A stretch of 64,000 nucleotides of DNA from Nanobdellota archaeon. GTDB taxonomy: Archaea; Nanobdellota; Nanobdellia; Parvarchaeales; Parvarchaeaceae. The notes under the pieces were generated by a model. That model searched no databases. It was not told the DNA's origin and saw only the letters and a program-made list of their open reading frames with translations. Positions 35,636 through 46,081 of the stretch are shown here, one piece after another; the first letter of the stretch is position 1, and every line of letters starts with the position of its first letter. The position numbers were made by a program, and so were the translations under genes. The DNA is taken from positions 13,477 to 77,476 of the forward strand of contig JAJZBD010000006.1 of the NCBI GenBank assembly GCA_021799085.1, written 5' to 3'.

Positions 35636-37828
35636 ATGCCTGAAAAAGAGTCTTTAACTGAGAAAGTGATGAGGCTGATGAATCAGCAAGATAGGATCAG
35701 AAATATAGGTGTTATAGCACATGTAGACCACGGTAAGACCACCACGTGTGACACGTTGCTTGCAGGTTGTGGAATGCTTTCTGAAGAAAAGGCGGGGAAA
35801 CAGCTTTACTTGGACTCCGAAAAGATAGAGCAGGAAAGGCAGATGACCGTTAAATCCTCTAATGTTAACATGGTCTATGAAAGAAGCGAAAACGATGAAT
35901 ACCTTATCAACCTTATAGATACGCCTGGACACGTAGATTTTGGTGGGCATGTTACGCGTGCAATAAGGGCAATAGACGGTGCAATAGTTGTGATGGATTC
36001 GGTTGAGGGAGTAATGCCACAGACTGAGATGGTGCTGAAGCAAGCTCTAAGAGACAAAGTGAAACCTATACTATATATTAATAAAATTGACAGACTTATA
36101 ACGGAGATGCGTTTTTCGCCAGAAGAAATGCAGAAGCACTTGGTTAAGCTCATAACTCAGATCAATTCTTTTATAAACGATTTGGCGCCAGATGACGTAA
36201 AAGGAAAATGGCAGGTCGCCGTACAGGATAATACCGTTGCATTCGGTGCATCAAGAGATAACTGGGCATTGTCTTTCAAAAGGATGAAAGACACGGGTTT
36301 GTCATTTAAAGATGTTTATGAGACATACACTTCAAACGACAAGGAAAAAATAAAGGAACTTTCAAAGAAAACGCCTGTCCACAAAGTACTACTTGATATG
36401 GTTATAGAGCATTTACCTAATCCCGTTGAAGCACAGAAGTATAGGATACCTATAGTGTGGCATGGTGAATTAGATAGCGAAGTTGGTAAATCACTGGTAG
36501 CATGTGATCCAAATGGGCCTTTAATGATTTCCGTTACAAACATAGAGATAGATCCACAGGCCGGCGAGATAGCGATAGGAAGAATCTTTTCCGGAAAAAT
36601 TGCCAGGGGGCAGGATGTATATTTAGTAAACAACAAACAAATCAACAAAGTGCAGCAGATTTATATATGGAAGGGCCCGCAGCGTTTTCAGGTAGAAAGC
36701 GCTTTGGCAGGGAACCAGATAGGAATGGCCGGGCTTAAGAACATAATCTCAGGTGAAACGTTAAGCTCTGCCGACAAACAGGACACCACTCCTTTTGAAC
36801 CGATAAAGCATTCCTTGCAGCCGGTAGTTGTAAAGGCCATAGAGCCTAAAAACCCCAAGGACCTGCCTAAACTTATACAGGCTTTGAGAGAGCAGGAAAT
36901 ATATGATATTGCATTAAAAGTTTCAATAAATCATGAAACTGGGGAAAATTTGATTGCTGGTTTAGGCACTTTACACCTAGAGATAGTTGAAGACAAGCTT
37001 AGAAGGACCTACGGAATAGATATAGTCAGTTCACAGCCGATAGTAGTTTACAAAGAAAGCATATCAACAAAAAGCCCGATTGTTGAGGGCAAATCGCCAA
37101 ACAAACATAACCGCTTTTACCTATATGCTGAGCCTTTATCGCAGGAAATTATAGAGGCATTGAACGATGAAAGCATGCCGACTGGAAAGATAAAGGCATT
37201 TACGCCTGAGAACATAGATTTACTGATAAAGGCAGGAATGGAAAGAGATGAGGCAAAGAAAATAGCTGCCATATACGGAGAGAATATGCTAGTAGACGGA
37301 ACAAGGGGTATAATACATATAGGTGAGGTAATAGAGATGTGCATAGAGGCTTTCAATGAAGTTATGAAGGAAGGACCACAGGCAAGAGAAGAAGTGCGTG
37401 GAATAAAAATTGTGTTAACTGATATGGTTTTGCATGAGGATGCAATTCATCGTGGTCCTGCACAGGTTATCCCTGCTGTAAGAGATGCAATAAAGGACGC
37501 TGTTTTGCAAGCAAACCCAATATTATTAGAGCCAATACAGATAATCAGGGTTGACCTACCAATGGCAAACCTTAGCAACGTTAGCGCTTTGATACAGTCC
37601 AAAAGAAGCATAATTGACAATGTAAAGGATGACGGAAGCAAAGCGGTGATAACTGCGGAAATGCCTGTATCTTCTACCTTCAACTTCACAAATGAGCTTA
37701 GATCTGCTACTGAAGGAAGAGGCTCATGGTCTTTGGCAGGCGAAACATTTAGAAGATTGCCAAGAGACATTTACCCTAGTGTTGTGAAACAGATAAGAGA
37801 CAGAAAGGGATTGCCTCCATTGCAGTAA
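35636..37828 (+). CDS. fusA: Translation elongation factor 2 (aEF-2)
   Basis: 730 aa; G-domain motifs AHVDHGKTT, DTPGH, NKID; EF-2 domain IV with the diphthamide-region His (HEDAIHRG); Shine-Dalgarno GGTGA 7 nt upstream. Confidence 0.93.
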   Translation: MPEKESLTEKVMRLMNQQDRIRNIGVIAHVDHGKTTTCDTLLAGCGMLSEEKAGKQLYLDSEKIEQERQMTVKSSNVNMVYERSENDEYLINLIDTPGHVDFGGHVTRAIRAIDGAIVVMDSVEGVMPQTEMVLKQALRDKVKPILYINKIDRLITEMRFSPEEMQKHLVKLITQINSFINDLAPDDVKGKWQVAVQDNTVAFGASRDNWALSFKRMKDTGLSFKDVYETYTSNDKEKIKELSKKTPVHKVLLDMVIEHLPNPVEAQKYRIPIVWHGELDSEVGKSLVACDPNGPLMISVTNIEIDPQAGEIAIGRIFSGKIARGQDVYLVNNKQINKVQQIYIWKGPQRFQVESALAGNQIGMAGLKNIISGETLSSADKQDTTPFEPIKHSLQPVVVKAIEPKNPKDLPKLIQALREQEIYDIALKVSINHETGENLIAGLGTLHLEIVEDKLRRTYGIDIVSSQPIVVYKESISTKSPIVEGKSPNKHNRFYLYAEPLSQEIIEALNDESMPTGKIKAFTPENIDLLIKAGMERDEAKKIAAIYGENMLVDGTRGIIHIGEVIEMCIEAFNEVMKEGPQAREEVRGIKIVLTDMVLHEDAIHRGPAQVIPAVRDAIKDAVLQANPILLEPIQIIRVDLPMANLSNVSALIQSKRSIIDNVKDDGSKAVITAEMPVSSTFNFTNELRSATEGRGSWSLAGETFRRLPRDIYPSVVKQIRDRKGLPPLQ

Positions 37829-37936
37829 TAATTGCGTACATAGTCATTGACTTTAGCTTATTATAGTGTGGCTACTGATTTTTATACTAGTATTTCAAAA
37901 GAAGAATTCTCCATGGATTTTTAAAAGCAAAAATGA

Positions 37937-39409
37937 TTAACTTGTTGCGTTTACAGTATAGGAAGCGCTAGCCCCATTTGTTCCTTGCAGGTAAAGGTCA
38001 TACTGAGTGCCCGGAACGAGTTCCAGCGCCAACAGACCATTACCAAGGTTTATCTCTCCTGAAAAGTTAAGGGTTACAGAGCTACCGGCCTTTAAGCTGT
38101 AACCGAAATTTGCTGGGAGAGAGAAGTTACTGTTCTCCATAACATCATTTGAAAGGCCAGAATAACCATAATTAACGCTTACATCTGTGCTGTTTATCCT
38201 TTGCACGTTTGCGGGACTTATATTTATTGGTAAATTAAACAATCTAAAACCTGAAAAAGGAAGGAAAAGTGTAGCATTCGATGATATGAAAAAGTTTATT
38301 GACCTGCCGGCAACTATTCTGTTTAGAATATTAACCCTATTTTCATTTGCTATTAGGTTCTGATGCATTTCTGTTTCCATTGCATTAAACTGTGATTCTG
38401 CCCTTGATTTTATGTTGCCAAACCTGTTTCTTATACTGTTACCAATAGAAATGTTGTAACCACCAACTCCCAAACTCACGTTTATACTGCTTAGATTTGC
38501 AACCAGCGACTTGTTTAAATTTCCAATTATAGAAGGCATTTCAGATTTAATGACTGAAACCTGATTTTGGAGCTTTGCTCTGTATTCCTTTACTGTTTGT
38601 ATTGTATTTCCTGACAGATTTGCACTGAAATTGAACATTGAAAGCTTAAAGCCATTTACCATTTTTAGCCTTAAATGCTGAAGAACGACACTTTCATTTG
38701 AATTGTCTTTTACTGTTACTGATATCTTTGTGATATTTCCGATTTGCTGCAGGCTTGCACTTGTTATCGTTACATTCGGTCTTTCAGCGAAAAAAGACCT
38801 GTTTATATTTGCAGGTATGTGCTCTACTGCACCAACTGCCCTGTTTGTCAAGCCAGTGGATGACAATGCTAATACTGAAGGAATAAGCATATATTGCGTT
38901 GAATTTGCAGTGTAAACCGTTACTACTGCCGGTGTAAAGTCTAATATTAAGCTTGATGAACTGTTTATCTTGTTGAAGTTTGCAGGGACATTTGCAGTAA
39001 CCACTGGACTTGGAATTTCTACAGAATAGGTAGTTCCGTTTATAGTTATGTTGGCAGAAACCACTGCAAATGCTATTGACTTAATCATTGAATTTACAGG
39101 AAGGTTGGCAGAAGCCAGAACCTTTGAGCTATTAACCAAAGAAAGAAGGTCTATGCTGCCTGAGGAGTTAACACTCGCATAATTAGCCGATCCGTTTGGA
39201 TTGAAGTAAAGTATTTTAAAAGAGGAATAGGAAATGTACAAGCTAGTTGTGTTTGCAGGCACTTCTGCTGGGTCTGTAATTGCGATTGGGACTGCAGTAG
39301 TGCTTGTACTGCTTACTACCTTTGAAACCACACTTGGATGATAAAGCAGAACCCCTGCTATCACTAAAACAACAATTATAACGGCAACTATTGGAATGGC
39401 TTTGTTCAT
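37937..39409 (-). CDS. Membrane-anchored S/N/T-rich surface protein (probable glycoprotein)
   Basis: 490 aa; N-terminal signal-anchor MNKAIPIVAVIIVVLVIAGVLLY; many N-x-S/T sequons; low-complexity beta-rich. Confidence 0.5.
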   Translation of the reverse strand: MNKAIPIVAVIIVVLVIAGVLLYHPSVVSKVVSSTSTTAVPIAITDPAEVPANTTSLYISYSSFKILYFNPNGSANYASVNSSGSIDLLSLVNSSKVLASANLPVNSMIKSIAFAVVSANITINGTTYSVEIPSPVVTANVPANFNKINSSSSLILDFTPAVVTVYTANSTQYMLIPSVLALSSTGLTNRAVGAVEHIPANINRSFFAERPNVTITSASLQQIGNITKISVTVKDNSNESVVLQHLRLKMVNGFKLSMFNFSANLSGNTIQTVKEYRAKLQNQVSVIKSEMPSIIGNLNKSLVANLSSINVSLGVGGYNISIGNSIRNRFGNIKSRAESQFNAMETEMHQNLIANENRVNILNRIVAGRSINFFISSNATLFLPFSGFRLFNLPINISPANVQRINSTDVSVNYGYSGLSNDVMENSNFSLPANFGYSLKAGSSVTLNFSGEINLGNGLLALELVPGTQYDLYLQGTNGASASYTVNATS

Positions 39410-39440
39410 AATAATGAAGTAACAAATTAGTTATATATAA

Positions 39441-39932
39441 ATGTTATCCCGAATAAAACTTGATATGGAATGCGTATTCTGCAGTGAAACTACTTTGAAT
39501 ATAGAAAAATTCTACGAAGATGAGAACTTTATAGCTATATATAATATTAGACCGGTAGTCAAAGGCCACTGCCTTGTGATACCGAAAAGGCACATTGAAA
39601 GCATGATTGAATTGAATGAAAACGAAAGGAAGGACTTTATCTCCTTTTCAAACAGGGCCGTATTCATTGCACTAAAGTATGCAAATACAAATGACCTTGA
39701 TTTCCTTCTGCAAAAAGGAGAAAACGCAGGACAGAGCATAAAGCACTTGCATTTCCACATTATGCCTAGGAAAAGAAACGACAGCCTTGGAGTAAACAAG
39801 GACAAGTTCTTTCAGTCCTTTGCCGAAAAGGAAAACACTGTAAAGACATTGACAAATGATGAAATGAAAGCAGTCGTAAATGATTTAAGAAGCATAGCAG
39901 AAAAGCACAGAATGCAGATAAATGAGCTATAA
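39441..39932 (+). CDS. HIT-family nucleotide hydrolase
   Basis: 163 aa; histidine triad HLHFHIMPR. Confidence 0.85.
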   Translation: MLSRIKLDMECVFCSETTLNIEKFYEDENFIAIYNIRPVVKGHCLVIPKRHIESMIELNENERKDFISFSNRAVFIALKYANTNDLDFLLQKGENAGQSIKHLHFHIMPRKRNDSLGVNKDKFFQSFAEKENTVKTLTNDEMKAVVNDLRSIAEKHRMQINEL

Positions 39933-39968
39933 GTTAAGTATTTATACTACTTTTAATCAGTAAAATTA

Positions 39969-40277
39969 ATGGATTTTCAAAAAAGGCAGGAACTTGAAAG
40001 GATCTTAAGCAACGGTAATACTCCGTTAAGGATAAACGACAGCACGGCAAGTGAAATCTACAGAATGTACAACAAGGACGGAAACTATTTCAATAGGGTT
40101 AAAAAGGCAGTGGAGAGGATATGCTATAACCCAGAGCAAAGTGAAAAACTGACTGGCAGATTAAGAGGGTACAGGAGCAAGCATGTCGGCAGTAAGGTGA
40201 TAATATTCAGTTATGACAGACAAGAAGGCGTATACATAAAGAGACTTGATGAGCATGATTCTGCATACGGAATATAA
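39969..40277 (+). CDS. RelE/YoeB-superfamily toxin-like protein (orphan)
   Basis: 102 aa; C-terminal KLTGRLRGYRSKHVGSKVIIFSYDRQEGVYIKRLDEHDSAY resembles the YoeB/RelE core; no adjacent antitoxin ORF recognised. Confidence 0.4.
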   Translation: MDFQKRQELERILSNGNTPLRINDSTASEIYRMYNKDGNYFNRVKKAVERICYNPEQSEKLTGRLRGYRSKHVGSKVIIFSYDRQEGVYIKRLDEHDSAYGI

Positions 40278-40313
40278 ACTATAAAAACATATAACCAATA
40301 AAATTGATAAAGC

Positions 40314-41336
40314 ATGATGAAAAATTACGTTGTAATACCAACATACAAGGAAGTTGATAATCTTAAGGAACTGCTGCCCCTTCTTACTGAATACAGTGTT
40401 GTAATAGTTGATGACAATTCGCTTGACGGAACGGAAAGGCTCTGCAGCAAGTACAAAAACGTGAAGCTTATAGTGAGGAAAGGGAAAAGAGGTTTAGCAT
40501 CTGCAGTTATAGAGGGTGTATTATCAATAAAAGAAAAAGATGCAAAGGTTGTTGTCATGGATGCGGATTTCCAGCATGACCCTAAAAAACTGCCTGATTT
40601 TTTTAATGCATTGGATAAAAACGGCTTTGTCTACGGCGCAAGAAACAGGCTAAACATGCCATTTTACAGAAAAATAATCTCCAAAACGGCAAAGGGCTTG
40701 GCAAACATACTGGTGCCTGAAACTAAAGCAGTAAGTGACCCTATGTCTGGCTACTTTGGCTTCAGATTAAACGCCGTAAATATTGATAAAGTAAAACCGA
40801 TAGGCTACAAGATAATGCTTGAATTCATCGTTAACCTAAAGCCAAATGAAAGCATAAAAGAAGTGAAATATGATTTCAGGGAAAGGAAATTTGGAAGCTC
40901 CAAACTTGGCTTTAAAGTAATAATCGATTACATAAAGCAGGTTTTAAGATTAAACAACTACAGGGTCTTGATTTTTGCGCTTGTAGGACTTTCTGGCGTA
41001 TTGGTCAATGAAGGAATTGCATTTTTGCTGCACCCCTATCTGCCACTTTATCTGGTGTTTTTAGTGTCTGCTGAATCATCAGTGCTTACAAACTTTATGC
41101 TCAACCACAACTTCACATTCCATAGGAGGGTAAAGTTTACAAAGGCGCTACCAAGGTATAACCTAATAGCACTTGCAGGCCTTTTGATAAACGTAGGAGT
41201 AGCTTTATATCTTTCTATGTTCATAGAGTATTTGCTAGCAAACTTTTTTGGGATTTTGATAGCGTTTATTTTCAATTATTCGCTTTCTGAAACGGTAGCA
41301 TGGAGCAACATTACAAATTATCATGAAAAAAAATAA
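40314..41336 (+). CDS. Dolichol-phosphate mannosyltransferase-like GT2 glycosyltransferase with C-terminal GtrA-like membrane domain
   Basis: 340 aa; VVIPTYKEVDNL, DDNSLDGT, DADFQHDP (DxD) GT2 motifs; C-terminal 4 TM. Confidence 0.8.
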   Translation: MMKNYVVIPTYKEVDNLKELLPLLTEYSVVIVDDNSLDGTERLCSKYKNVKLIVRKGKRGLASAVIEGVLSIKEKDAKVVVMDADFQHDPKKLPDFFNALDKNGFVYGARNRLNMPFYRKIISKTAKGLANILVPETKAVSDPMSGYFGFRLNAVNIDKVKPIGYKIMLEFIVNLKPNESIKEVKYDFRERKFGSSKLGFKVIIDYIKQVLRLNNYRVLIFALVGLSGVLVNEGIAFLLHPYLPLYLVFLVSAESSVLTNFMLNHNFTFHRRVKFTKALPRYNLIALAGLLINVGVALYLSMFIEYLLANFFGILIAFIFNYSLSETVAWSNITNYHEKK

Positions 41337-42831
41337 AAGTCACGGCAAGTTTGATGTAAAGACTATAGGCAAGTACTACTCCATATTCTCAGATTTCATA
41401 TATAAAAACAGAAAGTTTGTGATTCTTTCTCTCTTTATAGCGCTTTCCGTTTTCTTCTCTCTTGAATTTTATTACATAAGGATATGGGATTACCTTGTCA
41501 GGATAATGGATGCACAGTTCTTTTTCCATGGCGGAACGTATTTTGAGATACCAAGAGCAATACTTGAAAGCGTGATAATAGGTTTATACGGCTTTGTGAT
41601 GGGCCCGCTTGCAATATACGGCTTCATAATAACTGCCACTGTGATATTCTTTCTTGCAGTTTACGACTTCTCAAAGGCCTTCAAGCTGAAAATGCTTCTT
41701 GTTTTGCTGATACTGATGAACCCTTACATAATATTCTACACCATGCAGGCAGGCTCTGAGCTTATGGTTTTTTCCTTCCTAATTCTTTTCGTTGCAGAAG
41801 TAAAAAGAGGTAGGGCGTTTTATGCCGGCCTTTTCTTCGTACTTGCTTTCCTTTCAAAGTACTATGCAATATTCTTCATAATTCTTGCTTTGTTCCTTAT
41901 AAATAAGGACCTTAGAAAGAGCTTGGAGAGGATTCTTGTGTTTATCGGCTCCGGTTTATTGTTCATCTCTCCATATTTCGCTTACAATCTTATATTCTTC
42001 CATAATTTCATATACAGTTTTGCTTCATCTGTAAAGGAAAATGCCGCTGGTGGCCTTGTTCCTGCTCTGCCTTCAAATTTCCTTTACATAATGTTGGAAT
42101 TTGCATTTCTTGCCGCAGTTATAGCTATTGTTGTGATAAGGAGCTTCCTTTTCAAAACGAAAGAAAGAACGCATTGGCTCAGTTTCAAAAATAAGGGGCT
42201 AATGCTTTTAATTGTTGCATTTCTCATAGGAGCTTACATATTCGGAACTAGTGCTCACAGCCTGGGAGGAGGGTATAGATTTGTATTGGGTGCAGTCATC
42301 TTCTTAACGCTTATTGTGAGTCTTGCCCTAAGCAAAAAGGACACAGGTTGGATGTTTGCACTGGCAGTAATAGGTATAATATTTGCTATTTTCATATTAA
42401 TGTCGTTTGCTGACGACGGGCATATAAACAAAGTGGAGATGCAGAATGCTATATCATTATTTAAATCCGTATACAATACAACAAACTGCACAGTTCAATC
42501 TAATCAATGGGTGGAGCTGAACTACTATGGGTTAAGTGCCACATATCCGCTTTACAATCAAACTGCAAACACTGAATACCCAATACTGAATTTCGGTCCG
42601 ATAAACACAACTTACCCCTTGATAAAGGAAGAGGATAACATCTACCTTTATGGGTACAGCACATGCAAGTACACGCCTCCAATTAAATTGCCGGGTTACT
42701 TCTACTACAGAATAAACCAGTCGAGGTCTGATCCAAGCTTGGCCTGCAGTTACCTCTCCGAAAGGACATTCAATTTTGTAGGACAGGCATGCAATGACGT
42801 TAACAATCTTTTCTTAAAATTGATTAATTGA
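41323..42831 (+). CDS. Polytopic membrane protein, putative GT-C-type glycosyltransferase
   Basis: 502 aa; ~11 TM with a C-terminal soluble domain; 14-nt overlap with the Dpm1-like gene suggests co-transcription. Confidence 0.4.
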   Translation: MKKNKSHGKFDVKTIGKYYSIFSDFIYKNRKFVILSLFIALSVFFSLEFYYIRIWDYLVRIMDAQFFFHGGTYFEIPRAILESVIIGLYGFVMGPLAIYGFIITATVIFFLAVYDFSKAFKLKMLLVLLILMNPYIIFYTMQAGSELMVFSFLILFVAEVKRGRAFYAGLFFVLAFLSKYYAIFFIILALFLINKDLRKSLERILVFIGSGLLFISPYFAYNLIFFHNFIYSFASSVKENAAGGLVPALPSNFLYIMLEFAFLAAVIAIVVIRSFLFKTKERTHWLSFKNKGLMLLIVAFLIGAYIFGTSAHSLGGGYRFVLGAVIFLTLIVSLALSKKDTGWMFALAVIGIIFAIFILMSFADDGHINKVEMQNAISLFKSVYNTTNCTVQSNQWVELNYYGLSATYPLYNQTANTEYPILNFGPINTTYPLIKEEDNIYLYGYSTCKYTPPIKLPGYFYYRINQSRSDPSLACSYLSERTFNFVGQACNDVNNLFLKLIN

Positions 42832-42851
42832 CTTGCGTTCTTTTAATACAG

Positions 42852-43562
42852 CTAAGAATTGCATATTGACATGTTGTCTAAATATTTGCACGCGTCATTT
42901 ATTATCTGACTTGTCGTCAAATAGCCTTTTATCACATACTTGCCATCTATTACCAATGTTGGGTAAGTTGTGATATTGTAAACCTTCTGCAAAGCATAAA
43001 CCTCATTTATATTAAGCCCTGTTTCTATTACGGTTGGCAGGAAAGTGTAATTTGATTCCTGTGACACTACAGCAAGCTCCTGCCCCTCCTCTCCGCAGGT
43101 TATGCAAACTGAATTTGGATAAAACATCAATGCAGTCTCTATGCTATGACCGCAGTCTGCGTATATCTTGTTTGAAAGTATCCAGTAGTTAAGCCTTAGG
43201 TAAGCCAGCTGTATGCCTATGCTTGCATACTGCGGCGGCAATGGGTAACCGCTCTTTGCTCCAGAGAGCTCGGAGTATATATTAGAAAGTTCCTGACTGA
43301 CTGTTCCAAGCCCTGCCTGAATCAAAGGACAGGAGAAAGAGCTATTTGAGCTTATTGAAGCTGTAAGTATCAGTGACTCAAGATTTGCCTGATCCTGATT
43401 TATGCTATTTACTATTGGAGAGACCTTAAGCTCCGCGGCAATGTATCCAAATATGAAGGATAAGCCTATTATTATTGCTACTATGAGAATGCTTACAAGC
43501 AATTTTGTCTTCCTGCTTACAAGCACGTGATTCACTGCTTTCCGTTTAGCTCTTCGTTCCAT
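42852..43562 (-). CDS. Membrane-anchored thioredoxin-fold protein (putative thiol:disulfide oxidoreductase)
   Basis: 236 aa; N-terminal TM; CITC (CxxC) and C-terminal YPTLVIDGKYVIKG resembling the cis-Pro/Trx-fold region. Confidence 0.35.
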   Translation of the reverse strand: MERRAKRKAVNHVLVSRKTKLLVSILIVAIIIGLSFIFGYIAAELKVSPIVNSINQDQANLESLILTASISSNSSFSCPLIQAGLGTVSQELSNIYSELSGAKSGYPLPPQYASIGIQLAYLRLNYWILSNKIYADCGHSIETALMFYPNSVCITCGEEGQELAVVSQESNYTFLPTVIETGLNINEVYALQKVYNITTYPTLVIDGKYVIKGYLTTSQIINDACKYLDNMSICNS

Positions 43563-44865
43563 TCGATTTATTTATTAATCTCAATGAATTTAAAAAGCCT
43601 GCAGTCCATGCGATTGCAAGCAAGTAACCATAAATTAGTATGAAAATCATCGACCAGAAGCCGTCCTTTACTATCGACACCTTCTTGTTTATGTTCTTTA
43701 GGATGTAAAACATGGAATAGATCGCTATGATTACTGTTATTATGCCTATGAAGGAAAGCTCATTAAAGCTGAATAGGAAGTTCACAAAAGACTGATAACT
43801 CAGCGTAAACTTCAATCCCACCTGCGACAGCTGGAAAATCAATTTTGATAAATACAAATATATATAGTACCCTAAAAGTGGAAGCGCTAAGAGAGACAAA
43901 CCTGAAGAGATAAGTATCAATGAAATAGTTCCTCTGTCTATGTTCTCATCCTCTCTTTTCACAACCAGCTGCTTCCTGTATTTTATCATGTTGAAAAAAG
44001 AACCTGAGTACCATCTAAATCTTTGCTTCATCAACGCAGGTATGGTTTTTGGCGGCAAGGTATAAGAAATTGCATCTAGCCTGTTCTCTATTCTGTAGCC
44101 GTGTATTAACATCCTCATCGTAAGTTCCATGTCTTCTGTTATGTTGTTTTCATCGTAGTAGCCTGCTTTCTCAAGAGCTTTTCTGTTTATCAATGATCCG
44201 GGACCTGGTGCTACAAGAAGCGTGCTGAGCATGCTAAGCCCTTTCCTCAATGCTATATTGAACAAATATTCATATTTTTGTATCATCTCCAACGGCTTCT
44301 TCGGCTTGTAAATCAACATAGAAGGTGCAACTATGCCAACAGACTTTTTCTCAAAGAAGGGAATGACAAGCTTGTTTATCAGGTTTTTATCTATAACAGA
44401 ATCTGCATCCAGGCTCAGGATAAACTTCTCGTCTTTCAACTTGTTTTTTATGACGTAGTTCATTACCCTGCTTTTTCCGTTTAAATGTGTGTCTACAACA
44501 GTTATGTTTCTGTTCTTGAATGAGTATGCAGTCTTTCTTGTTAGCTTGTCTGTCCTTTCATTCAACCCTATGTATATGTTGTACTTGCCCTTTGGGTAAT
44601 TCGAGTTCAATACACTGTCAACTGAATTCCTAAGGAACTTGCCTTCAAAAAGAGTTGGTATAACAACAGCAACCTTTGGATAGTTCTTTATCTTGATCTT
44701 GTTGCTTTCACTGTCAAACGTCTCAAAATAAACGATAAGCCAGAATATGACTGTAAGAAGCAGCATCGACATCAGTACATAGGAAAGCACACTATCAAAA
44801 ACATCCATAGGATATAATAAAGAGATTACATTTATATAAATGTAGATTACTGCAGGATCTACCAA
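43546..44865 (-). CDS. Processive family-2 glycosyltransferase (membrane; QxxRW type)
   Basis: 439 aa; VAVVIPTLFE, DADSV (DxD), QRFRWYSG (QxxRW) motifs; N- and C-terminal TM helices. Confidence 0.75.
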   Translation of the reverse strand: MVDPAVIYIYINVISLLYPMDVFDSVLSYVLMSMLLLTVIFWLIVYFETFDSESNKIKIKNYPKVAVVIPTLFEGKFLRNSVDSVLNSNYPKGKYNIYIGLNERTDKLTRKTAYSFKNRNITVVDTHLNGKSRVMNYVIKNKLKDEKFILSLDADSVIDKNLINKLVIPFFEKKSVGIVAPSMLIYKPKKPLEMIQKYEYLFNIALRKGLSMLSTLLVAPGPGSLINRKALEKAGYYDENNITEDMELTMRMLIHGYRIENRLDAISYTLPPKTIPALMKQRFRWYSGSFFNMIKYRKQLVVKREDENIDRGTISLILISSGLSLLALPLLGYYIYLYLSKLIFQLSQVGLKFTLSYQSFVNFLFSFNELSFIGIITVIIAIYSMFYILKNINKKVSIVKDGFWSMIFILIYGYLLAIAWTAGFLNSLRLINKSNGTKS

Positions 44866-44869
44866 ATCA

Positions 44870-46081
44870 TTAAATATTGTAGCTTAAATTTCCGAAAAGC
44901 TTAAGCAAAACAACAGTCGCATACGAGCCTTTTTTAAGATCGAATTTTATTATTGCATTTTCTTCATTTCTTTCAATAGAGAAGTTCTCCACCTCTAGAA
45001 TAGATGGACGCTGGAAAACCTTCAGGCTTGCCTCAGGCATACTTTCTATTTTTAGAATTTTTAAGTCATTTATTCCTTCCTCTGACATTACCTCTTTTAT
45101 TATCTGGCTTATATTATCACTTCCAAGCTCCATTGAAAAGCCTACAACAGGTATTTCCTTTGGTAGGTTCTCCATGCCATATCTTTCTATTGCCCTACTG
45201 AGCGTTTTATTGAATATGAAGTATTGCATAGATTGAAGAATCAATAGCCTTGCATATTTTGGCATGGTTCTTATCGCGCCTATGTAGTCATTCTTGTGCT
45301 GCAGCAGGTATTTCAGTGATTCCCTTTCAAAATACAACGAATGCGGAAGCTTTGACAGCACTTCTTCCGTAGAAGTTTTGTCTATTCTTCTTCCTTCTAA
45401 ATAATCTGAGAATGCTTCTCTCAATAAAACACGGCTTTCCGCAGCGGCTTTTGATTCCGTTCTTTCATTTAAAACCATTGTCTTAAATGCTTCCTTAAAT
45501 TCCTGTTTTAGTATATGCCTGGAGATTTCTATGTTCAGGGATGAAGCTCCAAACCTTTGCGGCCCATAAAAATTAGGTAGCTTGCTTATTTCTTTAGGTA
45601 TACTTTCTATATCAACAGTTGAATCAAAATTCCTGACAAATACAGTGAAACTATTTCCGTATAGTTTTCCAATCTTGCATGGCTCATTGCTGTAGGCTAC
45701 ATCTCTTGCGAACATTCTTTCGGAGTTTATGTTAAGTCTTTCTGGATCTAACTTGAATATAGTTATCCTTTGCGAAGTCAATGCCCTCTTGTCCTTATTC
45801 CCATTGTAGGCTATCCTTTTGAAGCTTATATGCATATTTCTTGAAAGAATCTTTACAGCTTCCGGTGTTGAAATGCCCCTCTTCACTAAAGTAAACGACA
45901 GGTAATCCTTCTTTTCATTTAACGGTTTCTTTTCCTCTTCTTTCTCCAAGCCCAATATGCTCCCGTCTTCTTCTATTTCCTGGACCTTGAAATCTTCCTC
46001 TCTTTCAAACAAGCTTCCTTTTATATTATATGAATGGAAATTTTCTATGCCTATCTGTTCAAGCGTTAGCATCCTGATCAA
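44870..46081 (-). CDS. truD: tRNA pseudouridine(13) synthase TruD/Pus7 family
   Basis: 403 aa; YNGNKDKRALTSQ (GxKDxxA catalytic Asp motif) and NYFGPQRFG motif. Confidence 0.75.
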   Translation of the reverse strand: MIRMLTLEQIGIENFHSYNIKGSLFEREEDFKVQEIEEDGSILGLEKEEEKKPLNEKKDYLSFTLVKRGISTPEAVKILSRNMHISFKRIAYNGNKDKRALTSQRITIFKLDPERLNINSERMFARDVAYSNEPCKIGKLYGNSFTVFVRNFDSTVDIESIPKEISKLPNFYGPQRFGASSLNIEISRHILKQEFKEAFKTMVLNERTESKAAAESRVLLREAFSDYLEGRRIDKTSTEEVLSKLPHSLYFERESLKYLLQHKNDYIGAIRTMPKYARLLILQSMQYFIFNKTLSRAIERYGMENLPKEIPVVGFSMELGSDNISQIIKEVMSEEGINDLKILKIESMPEASLKVFQRPSILEVENFSIERNEENAIIKFDLKKGSYATVVLLKLFGNLSYNI

